From Campylobacterota bacterium (GTDB taxonomy: Bacteria; Campylobacterota; Campylobacteria; Campylobacterales; JAJVLF01), in NCBI GenBank assembly GCA_029255845.1, contig JAJVLF010000013.1:1469-65468 (forward strand): DNA of 64,000 nt. The letters are read 5' to 3'. This document shows positions 56,512-64,000 of this stretch, one piece after another. The translations under genes were made by a program, and so were the position numbers. A model generated the notes under the pieces. That model was not told where the DNA came from and did not search any database. It saw only the letters and a program-made list of their open reading frames with translations. Positions within the stretch are counted from its first letter, which is position 1. The number at the start of each line of letters is the position of its first letter.

Positions 56512-57291
56512 CTAAACTCCTATCTGACCAAATGTATCTAATAATACACCTGTGAAAAAACCTAAATTACCACTAATAATAGCTAATCCTATTAGCACTA
56601 ATAAGCTACCACCAAATATTTCTATTTTTCTAAAATGATTTTTAATAGATTTAAAAACACCGAGTGCATAAGAGGTAAGCAATGCAGATAAGATAAACGG
56701 CAATGCTAATCCAGCTGTATATATCACCATTAATAATAATCCTTTATTAGCTCCTCCCTCACTAGCAGCTAAAGAAACAATAGAGGCAAAAATAGGACCA
56801 ATACAAGGAGTCCAACCTAAGGCAAAAGAAACACCTAATAAAAATGGAAATATTGCTTTAATTATCTTAGCAATAATTCCTTTTTTATTTTTAGAATCTA
56901 TAGTTAAATCAGCTCTTTTTTCATACATTAGAAATTTAATTTGAATAACTCCCATAAAATGCAATCCAAAAACAACTATAAGACCTCCTGCTACATAATT
57001 AACCCAATCATATTGAAAAATATCACTAGCCAAATTCGCCATAACAGCACCAAGTATAATAAAAACAAGAGAAAAACCAGCAACAAATAAAAGTGAAGTT
57101 TGTAATATTTTCATTCTTTGAGCAAAAGACATTTTCTCATCATCACTATCACTAAGCACAGAAATAGACATACCTGTGATATAAGAAAGATAAGCAGGTA
57201 TCAAAGGCAAAACACAAGGACTAAGGAAAGTCAAAATCCCCGCTAAAAAACTAATAAGCAATGGCCAACTATCAAACATTTCAGCAAACAT
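56512..57291 (-). CDS. ccdA: Cytochrome c biogenesis thiol-reductant transporter CcdA/DsbD-type
   Basis: Motifs LSPCVLPLIP and WTPCIGP in TM helices. Confidence 0.88.
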   Translation of the reverse strand: MFAEMFDSWPLLISFLAGILTFLSPCVLPLIPAYLSYITGMSISVLSDSDDEKMSFAQRMKILQTSLLFVAGFSLVFIILGAVMANLASDIFQYDWVNYVAGGLIVVFGLHFMGVIQIKFLMYEKRADLTIDSKNKKGIIAKIIKAIFPFLLGVSFALGWTPCIGPIFASIVSLAASEGGANKGLLLMVIYTAGLALPFILSALLTSYALGVFKSIKNHFRKIEIFGGSLLVLIGLAIISGNLGFFTGVLLDTFGQIGV

Positions 57292-57333
57292 AATTATCCT
57301 TTAAATAAAATCATTTTTGTATTTTAGCTAAAA

Positions 57334-58005
57334 CTAATTAAACTTCGATTTCTTTTTAGCTAAATATCTAAATATTTTGAGAGATTTTAACTCTTTATAA
57401 TTTATATTATAATAAATGAGATTAAGGTATGCTAATAATTCCACTCTTTTTATATCTTTTTCTAGGCATATATTTTGGCTTATATAAAAAGGTATTTTTA
57501 TTTTCTTTTTTAGAAATTTCTTTTGAATTTTATTATATAATTTTTTATGTGTATTTATGGAAAATGTAGCAAAGACAAAAGGTAAATTATAGCGATTAAA
57601 CCAATATTCCCCTAAGTCTATAGATGATTTCTCTTGTTTTAAATAAACCTTTAATGCTCTATCTCCTATGACTACCTCCCCTTGGACATTTAATACTTTT
57701 GCTAAGAGGTTTGATGTATCGCTATTATTATCTTTTTTATTTTCACCTTTTAGAACTAAAACAGATTGCACTTTGCCTTTTGCTGATATGCCCATTGTGA
57801 TTTTTTGATTTCTTTTTGATTTTATGCTTGATATAAATGCCGAGCTTATTCGTCTATTTTTGAATTTTTTATTTATTTCTTTTGGGGTGCCTTTGTGATG
57901 AAGCATTATTTTATATAATGATGGATAGTATTTTTTTATGAAAAGTTTAAAAGGTAATAGGTTTAAGTATTCTATATTTGCTAAAATCAATGTTATAATA
58001 TCCAT
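57334..58005 (-). CDS. mqnA: Chorismate dehydratase MqnA-like (futalosine pathway)
   Basis: Patterns SSAFISS, VIGDRAL and DLGEYWFNRYNLPFVFATF typical of the MqnA/VitK2_biosynth family. Confidence 0.6.
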   Translation of the reverse strand: MDIITLILANIEYLNLLPFKLFIKKYYPSLYKIMLHHKGTPKEINKKFKNRRISSAFISSIKSKRNQKITMGISAKGKVQSVLVLKGENKKDNNSDTSNLLAKVLNVQGEVVIGDRALKVYLKQEKSSIDLGEYWFNRYNLPFVFATFSINTHKKLYNKIQKKFLKKKIKIPFYISQNICLEKDIKRVELLAYLNLIYYNINYKELKSLKIFRYLAKKKSKFN

Positions 58006-58048
58006 ATATTTAAGTTATCGCTATTTTAACAAATTAAAAGGTGTTTAT

Positions 58049-58486
58049 ATGCTTAGCCTACATCAAAATGAACTCAATGTGCAAGAAATATTTAATGGAT
58101 GGTATATTAATAATAATCATAAAAACTATGGGGCTTTTATTAGTTTTGTGGGGATAGTGAGAAGTGAAAATGACATAGAGGCTCTTAGTTTTGACATTTA
58201 TGAATCTATATTGCAAAAGTGGTTTAATGACTGGAAACAAAAACTAGAAAAAGAAAATGTCCTCGTTTGTATGGCTCACTCCATAGGCGATGTGAAGATA
58301 AATGAAAGCTCTTTTTGCTGTGCTATACTCTCAAAACAAAGAAAACAAGCATTAAAATACATAGATTTATTTGTAGAAGACTTTAAAGCAAATGCCCCTA
58401 TATGGAAATATGATGTAATTAATTCTAAAAGAATTTATGCCAAAAGCAGAAGCCATCAAATAGATGGGAGCGGTATTTTAGCATGA
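58049..58486 (+). CDS. moaE: Molybdopterin synthase catalytic subunit
   Basis: MoaE patterns GAFISFVGIVR and FKANAPIWK. ATG 58049 after AAAAGG is preferred to the track start 57938. Confidence 0.8.
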   Translation: MLSLHQNELNVQEIFNGWYINNNHKNYGAFISFVGIVRSENDIEALSFDIYESILQKWFNDWKQKLEKENVLVCMAHSIGDVKINESSFCCAILSKQRKQALKYIDLFVEDFKANAPIWKYDVINSKRIYAKSRSHQIDGSGILA

Positions 58487-59076
58487 GTTTGAAAACATTA
58501 CTTCAATCATATTCTAATTTTAGAGAAAATGAAGATAAAAAGCCAAAAGACAAATTAAATAACCTAGCTAATGAGGGTCAAGACCCTAATGTTTTATTTA
58601 TCACTTGCATAGATAGCAGACTAGATCCTACTATGTTTTTTGAAAATAGCTTAGGAGATATGTTTGTGGTGCGAAATCCTGGTAATTTTGTTTTGCCTTT
58701 TAGTAAGACTTATAGCGGGATAGGTGCTTCTATCGAATTTGCTTTGGCATTTTTTGACATTAAAGACATTATTATATGCGGTCATTCCCAATGTGGAGCT
58801 TGTGAAGCTATATCTAAAAAAATAGATGTAGGAGAAAACAAGCAATTAGCCCAATGGCTAGAACAAAATAAAATAATAGGCAAAAGGCATTTTTTTACAG
58901 AAAACCCACAAGAACAATTTGAAAAAGAATCACTTTTACAACAAAGCAAAAATATAAAAACCTACCCCATAGTAAAAAAAGCTCTTAAAAAAGGAACCCA
59001 CCTACATAGCTGGTATATAGATATGAAAACATCACTTGTTTATAAATATGATGGGCATAAATTTATAGAACTATAA
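58483..59076 (+). CDS. Beta-class carbonic anhydrase
   Basis: Zinc ligands CIDSR and HSQCGA. Confidence 0.85.
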   Translation: MSLKTLLQSYSNFRENEDKKPKDKLNNLANEGQDPNVLFITCIDSRLDPTMFFENSLGDMFVVRNPGNFVLPFSKTYSGIGASIEFALAFFDIKDIIICGHSQCGACEAISKKIDVGENKQLAQWLEQNKIIGKRHFFTENPQEQFEKESLLQQSKNIKTYPIVKKALKKGTHLHSWYIDMKTSLVYKYDGHKFIEL

Positions 59077-60372
59077 TTGAGAATATTTCTTTCTTTATTA
59101 TTATTTATTTTTATAAACCTTACTCTTTATTTCACTTCTTCATATGAGTTCATAAATGCAGATAATGATTATTATTTAATCAATCATTATGAATTGTTTT
59201 ATGATTTAACTCACCAAATAAAATCAATATCTAGCTTAAATATAATTAATGCTATCTTCATAGCTAAAATCATAACCTTATCCCCTATAATCATCATCTT
59301 TGCTTTTATTTACAGGAAAACACCCTCAATTGATTATTATTCTCTTAGCACCACTATTTTTATTTTTATTTTTTTATCCATATTTTTTATATCTAATCAA
59401 AACCAAAAACCAAAAATGAATACTTTTCACAGCGATAAACTAAAACAAGAAGTTTTCATACCTAGCTTAAAACCAAGAGAATATAATATAAAGAATTATC
59501 ACATATTTCTTATTCTATCTTTTATAGCATTAATCTTCATTAGGAGATTTATTGCTTCACCTTTTTTAGTTTTGATACTGCTACCTAGCATACTAATGTC
59601 TTTATATCACATATACACATATAAAAACTATCACCTACCCATCATTAATAGCGACATAATAGATATTAATAATTCATTAATTATATCTTTAAAAAGAGAC
59701 GAGGAAAGATTAAAATATCATTTTAAAAATAATATTTTTATATCAGATGATTACATATTATCAGACATAATATCTCATTACAACCATAAAATACTAAATA
59801 AAAGTTTATTTTATTTAAAATATTTTGACTCAAACAACACTATGAAAAACATCCTAACAAAAGGAAACAAAACAGCCCAAGATAAAGACATCTTCATATA
59901 CACAAACAAAAACACCTTCCACAACCTATACTCCATATTCCAATTAGCCTCCTACGACATCATAAAAAATAAAGCAAGTGATATTTTAGTAGATATAGAT
60001 TTTATCACAAATAAACTAGACACTAATATGCTATATCACAAATCAATAACAAAAAACATATACAAAACAAGCCAAGCCATTTTCAACCTATCAAAAGGAA
60101 TACTAACCATAAACAATAAAAAAATGCCCATAAACAATGCCTTCCTAGTAAATAAAAAAGTCCAAAAAATCCAATACAACAACAACAGCAAATCAAAAAT
60201 TATCGCCATCATCATAGATGAAAAATATATGCTCCTATGCCACCAAGAATACATTAAAAGCTTTTTCATACAAGCATTAATTTTTAAAAATTATTCTAAT
60301 CCTTTTGTGAGCAGTGTTTATGATAAAAAGGGTGTTAAGATTATAAAAATAACAAATCCTACTAAGAAGTAA
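59077..60372 (+). CDS. Polytopic membrane protein with large soluble C-terminal region, unknown function
   Basis: 431 aa. TTG start directly after the CA stop. About 5 TM helices in the first 190 aa. Confidence 0.5.
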   Translation: MRIFLSLLLFIFINLTLYFTSSYEFINADNDYYLINHYELFYDLTHQIKSISSLNIINAIFIAKIITLSPIIIIFAFIYRKTPSIDYYSLSTTIFIFIFLSIFFISNQNQKPKMNTFHSDKLKQEVFIPSLKPREYNIKNYHIFLILSFIALIFIRRFIASPFLVLILLPSILMSLYHIYTYKNYHLPIINSDIIDINNSLIISLKRDEERLKYHFKNNIFISDDYILSDIISHYNHKILNKSLFYLKYFDSNNTMKNILTKGNKTAQDKDIFIYTNKNTFHNLYSIFQLASYDIIKNKASDILVDIDFITNKLDTNMLYHKSITKNIYKTSQAIFNLSKGILTINNKKMPINNAFLVNKKVQKIQYNNNSKSKIIAIIIDEKYMLLCHQEYIKSFFIQALIFKNYSNPFVSSVYDKKGVKIIKITNPTKK

Positions 60373-60399
60373 AAATTTTAGAACAACAAGGATATTTCA

Positions 60400-60613
60400 A
60401 TGATTAAAGATAAAGCTTATTATTACTAATAAAACACTTATATACGAACCAGCTAATCTATCTAAAGCTAAAAAAATAAATATTACCATACCAACAGATA
60501 AATTAATAAATCTTGATATTATGGCAAAACAGCTTAATATGAATAGGTCAAAATTACTTACATCTTTAACTGATAAATTATTAAATGGGGATATACAGAT
60601 AAAGTCATCATAG
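60400..60613 (+). pseudogene. Possible ribbon-helix-helix (CopG/antitoxin-like) gene remnant
   Basis: Frame 60404-60610 encodes ...KKINITIPTDKLINLDIMAKQLNMNRSKLLTSLTDKLL (RHH pattern). The only RBS-preceded ATG (60400) is 1 nt out of frame. Confidence 0.3.
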
Positions 60614-60710
60614 CCATATATAAGGGTTTTTAGCACAATATATTAAATTTTGGGAGGTGATGAAAATATGATGTTATCTTATTGTTATTTATTTTATAGT
60701 TAATTAACTT

Positions 60711-60872
60711 GAGACCAATGCAAATTAGAACCACCTAATCTAGGGAGATACAAGACATCATAAAGCAATTATTTTGTTAAAAACATAGCTTTTGCTATGA
60801 TTTGAACAAAATAATCACTTTCTAATGCCTTCTATCACCCTATCTTATGCACTTCTAATTTGCATTGGTCTC
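60711..60872 (-). mobile_element. MITE family C, full-length 162-bp copy
   Basis: Direct AACTT flanks (60706-60710 and 60873-60877). Central CATAGC-TTTT-GCTATG hairpin. Confidence 0.9.
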
Positions 60873-61078
60873 AACTTTTGATATTCTTTAAATATTTAGA
60901 AAAAAGTATTTTCATTACCTGAATATATGTTCGTAAAACCAAGATTTTTATTCGTATAGCATTTGTATGCACAAATACATATCATCATTTTTTTATGCAA
61001 GATTGCTTAAATCTTGCTAGAAAACGAAGCAAAAAACCACTCTTTCACTTCCTTGACCCCTTAAGGGCAACCTTAATT

Positions 61079-61151
61079 ATGTCTTAAAGCCTAAAAATTG
61101 CAAACTCGCCTTTGGCTCAGACATACAATTTTTTATACGGCTTTAAGACAT
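61079..61151 (+). other. Long interrupted hairpin in an ORF-free region
   Basis: Perfect 13-bp stem ATGTCTTAAAGCC/GGCTTTAAGACAT, extended by TAAAAATTG/CAATTTTTTA. Followed by ATTTTT. Confidence 0.6.
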
Positions 61152-61402
61152 ATTTTTAAGCTTGCTCATAGGCAGAGGGCGGATAAGGATTTAATAGTTT
61201 AAAAGACATAATACAAGCTAAGGCTTGTATTATGGAGTATGTGGGTTTTAGTGATGGAGCTATGTTTTATCGAAGTAGGGTAAGTTTTTAGTAAACAGTA
61301 AATCTCTGATCCGCATTTCTCTAAATTAGCTGAGAGTTTGCCTCTTATTAAGTTTTGAGTGGATTATACGACGAGGAAAAGATTAAAGTTTTTAATTGTG
61401 TA

Positions 61403-61431
61403 TTGACAATACATCTACAAATTGATAGAAT
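61403..61431 (+). promoter_or_regulatory. Near-consensus sigma-70-type promoter for brnTA with an overlapping palindrome
   Basis: TTGACA (61403-61408), 17-nt spacer, TAGAAT (61426-61431). Palindrome GTATTGACAATAC (61399-61411) overlaps the -35. Confidence 0.55.
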
Positions 61432-61463
61432 AATCTACTTCCTATTTAAACAAGGTTTTAAAA

Positions 61464-61745
61464 TTGAATAAAATAATAAAGTGGAATGAAGAAAAAAATC
61501 AACTTTTAAAACTGCAAAGGGGTGTAAGCTTTGATGATGTTCTTAATAAAATTGCAAATAATGAAATATTAGGAAGAAAAATACATCATAATAATGAAAA
61601 TTATTCTAATCAAGAAATTTTCATTTTTGAAATTAATGATTATATTTATTATGTTCCTTTTGTTGAAAATGAAAATGAAATATTTTTAAAAACAATCATA
61701 CCAAGTAGAAAATTAACAAAAGAGCATAAAACAAATGAAAAATAA
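61464..61745 (+). CDS. brnT: BrnT-family (DUF497) type II toxin
   Basis: IKWNEEKNQLLKLQRGVSFDDV matches the W(D/N)E.K...N..KHGVSF.. signature. 93 aa. TTG start. Confidence 0.75.
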   Translation: MNKIIKWNEEKNQLLKLQRGVSFDDVLNKIANNEILGRKIHHNNENYSNQEIFIFEINDYIYYVPFVENENEIFLKTIIPSRKLTKEHKTNEK

Positions 61746-62022
61746 AACAATACTTGACAATGAAGAATTAAAATTATTAGAAGCGATAGAATCAAATGAT
61801 TTTATAGACTCTCCATTAAAAGAGCAAGAAATGATATATTATAAAAATCATGCTAAATATACAAAATCTTTACAAGAAAAAAGGCAAACTACTATTAGGT
61901 TTGCTATTAGTGATTTAGCTATTATTAAAAGTAAGTCGAAAGAGTTAGGGATAGGGTATCAAAATTTAATTCAGGTTTTAGTGCATGATTATGCTCTTGG
62001 GAAGATTAAACTTAATATATGA
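61735..62022 (+). CDS. brnA: BrnA-family antitoxin (CopG/RHH-like)
   Basis: TTIRFAISDLAIIKSKSKELGIGYQNLIQVLVHDYALG matches the BrnA C-terminal pattern. Overlaps brnT by 11 nt. Confidence 0.75.
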   Translation: MKNKTILDNEELKLLEAIESNDFIDSPLKEQEMIYYKNHAKYTKSLQEKRQTTIRFAISDLAIIKSKSKELGIGYQNLIQVLVHDYALGKIKLNI

Positions 62023-62134
62023 TGTTTCCTCTTGTGCTAATTGTGTTCAATGATAGTATATAATCTCGTTCTATCTTTTTTAAGGTATAGCAAGTAAAAA
62101 ATATCTTCTGAAAAATAGGGAAATGATTTGCATA

Positions 62135-63370
62135 TTATATTAAACTATCAATTATTTCATCATCAACTATTAAGTCCCATCTTTCTGACAAAAACAGTAA
62201 TATTTTCTTACTACGATTATCTATAATTTCAGGTGTCCATTCTCCATTTTGACTCACTTCTATTTCGCTATAGCTACCTTTGAAAAATATTTCTTTTTTA
62301 TCATTAAAACATTTATTTTTTAAGCTTGAATTTTTAGAAGTTGACAATAAAACTAAATTACCTAATGCGTGTAATTTTCTACTTCTTTTTTTCCCTATTA
62401 ATTGAGAATAGTTATCTTCCCAACATTTATCTTTTGGGGTTTGTGGGTAGATATGCTCTATCGTTTCTTTATTTATTTCTTCCCACTGTAATTTAATTTC
62501 TCCTTTTGATTTTTCTTGTAAAAATAGTTCATATTCATATAATAAATATTTCAAACCCTTCCAACTATACCAGCCTTCATATTTTTCAAAATGCTCACGA
62601 ATATCATTTTTAAAATTATCTGGTCTTACCCATCTATATACATTATCATCAGAATAAATTTCTTGTTTCATATTATCAATTAATTTATCAATATTTTTAT
62701 TTTCATGAAATTCATTAGCATATTTATAAAATCTACTATCTCCAGCTATTAGACTAATATGCTCATACATTACTTTATGAGAATCTTCTTTAGCTACAAA
62801 TATAAAAGAATGACCACCTTGTAATGCTTCTCTAGCAAATGGCTCATGAGCATATAAATCATCACCTAATAGTATAATGTCTAAATTTAGAAGTTTGTTA
62901 TGCTTTAACCATCTTTTTGAAGCATTAATCTCACAATCTTGTTTCTTAGTTCCATCACTATTTTCTATAAGTTCAGGCATTAAAGAAATAACTTTATTTA
63001 TATTTGGTGATACTATGACTGGAGTAATTGCTTGATGTGAGTATGTTGTTTGTTCATCTTTATATTCTTTGGTTAAACATTTTGAACATTTAATTGTTTT
63101 TGATGAGTGATATCCAGTTCCATCTAATGCAACTAGGTATTTATTCATATGTTTATAAGAGTTTAGTATTTTTGCTTCTTTTAGATAATTTAAACATTCA
63201 TTATATAGAGGTTTTAGACAAATTGGCTCTATAGAGTCAAGTATATCTCTAATATGGTTATCACTTGGTATTTTATCTATACCAAATAAACTATTTGCAT
63301 TATTTCTTCCTTCTTTTTCTTCCATCTTTCTTTGAAACTCTAAAAAACTACTTGATTGCATATGAAACAT
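62135..63370 (-). pseudogene. In-frame chimera: N-terminal half of a DDE transposase fused to the C-terminal DUF1524 (GmrSD-type HNH-like) domain
   Basis: aa 1-205 look like a transposase (DGTGYHSSKTIKCSKC, LLGDDLYAHEPF, FIFVAKEDSHK). aa ~250-411 look like DUF1524 (TIEHIYPQTP...LHALGNLVLLSTSKNSSLKNKCF). The frame stays open upstream to 63499 without a canonical start. Confidence 0.55.
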
Positions 63371-63673
63371 ACTAAATGCTGATAATACTATATCTTCTAT
63401 TTTAATACTTGTATTTTTTCCTTTTCTTTTATCTTTGAAGCTTTTGCTATTTTCTTTTAATGAGTTTATGAATGTTTTAAATATTTTCTTGTTTATTTTT
63501 TATTCTTTTTGTTGATTTGAGGGAGGTTTTATTTTAGCATAAAATTGTGTTTTTTAAAATTAGAATTGCTGGAACTCCATTGAGAATATACATTTATTAA
63601 TACAAAAAAAGAAATTCCTAAAGTTCTTGTAGTATAATTTATCTTAAAAAATAACTAAAATAAAGGAAATTTT

Positions 63674-64000
63674 ATGGAAAATAGTATTAAGACGATACCA
63701 TTGCTTCACAGCGAAGTAGATTGTATTCATATGGATATAAACTCGATAGATAAGACATATAGAGATAAGGATTTATATGCTTTAAAGGTCAAGGGGGATG
63801 GGATGATTCCATATATCAATGATGGAGATATAGCTTTATTTTATAAATTTAAAGATGAAGAAAGTGCCACAGGGGATGGGAAATACATTATTGATACGAA
63901 AAAGGGAGAAAAAGTAGAAAACCTTAAGTTTTTATTAAATGGAAATATAAGAGTAATAAGTGAAAACCCTACTTATCATATAGATGAGGAAATAGATGGT
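63674..64000 (+). CDS. S24 (LexA/CI C-terminal)-like domain protein, 3' end outside the window
   Basis: ATG 63674 after AAAGGAAA. ALKVKGDGMIPYINDGDIALF aligns to the S24 GDSM..P.i.dGD motif, with Gly at the catalytic Ser position. No N-terminal HTH. Confidence 0.55.
   Translation, partial: MENSIKTIPLLHSEVDCIHMDINSIDKTYRDKDLYALKVKGDGMIPYINDGDIALFYKFKDEESATGDGKYIIDTKKGEKVENLKFLLNGNIRVISENPTYHIDEEIDG

Noticed and set aside
60397-60636. Track ORF 60397-60636 (-), 79 aa.
   Set aside because: It is hydrophobic and low-complexity, and it runs antisense to a more convincing (though broken) RHH-like frame on the + strand. No RBS is evident.
1-64000. Search for tRNA, rRNA, tmRNA, RNase P and SRP genes.
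   Set aside because: I recognised no T-loop/acceptor pattern (GTTCGAATC-type) or conserved ncRNA core in any intergenic region. This was a visual scan only, so tRNAscan-SE and Infernal should be run to confirm.

Overview
Very AT-rich bacterial chromosomal window. Most of it is housekeeping genes: ilvD, prs, fumC, nrdA, glyQ, ruvX, rnj, cysK, aat, rplU-rpmA-obg-proB, murC, kdsD, moeA, aroQ, mqnA and moaE. The gene set and order (RNase J, futalosine-pathway mqnA, periplasmic LigE-type ligase, rplU-rpmA-obg-proB) suggest a Campylobacterota genome of Arcobacter/Campylobacter type; this is inference only. I saw no rRNA, tRNA or CRISPR array by eye. The main signal not explained by genes is two families of non-coding foldback MITEs. 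Family A/B is 161 bp with GGGAACCTCT termini and 4-bp A/T target duplications. Family C is 162 bp with GAGACCAATGCA termini and perfect 5-bp target duplications at every complete copy. Both families also occur as 33-58 bp deletion derivatives. One C copy is nested inside a B copy, one mini copy splits a gene, and one A copy rewrites a gene's 3' end. In all three subfamilies, the transition differences between the two arms are strand-polarised. They are G:U-compatible on one strand and A:C on the other (17 of 17 by hand alignment). This points to a strand-specific RNA or ssDNA hairpin, not just terminal inverted repeats. Accessory content includes an IS200-type tnpA beside an orphan lsrK, an IS3 remnant inserted in a MITE, a MITE-bracketed SWIM/SNF2 helicase, and tandem secreted paralogs. 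The terminal ~3.6 kb is an accessory patch. It holds an ORF-free structured region, brnT/brnA, an in-frame DDE-transposase/DUF1524 chimera and an S24-like gene lacking the catalytic Ser. All coordinates and alignments were done by hand from the sequence and need computational confirmation.
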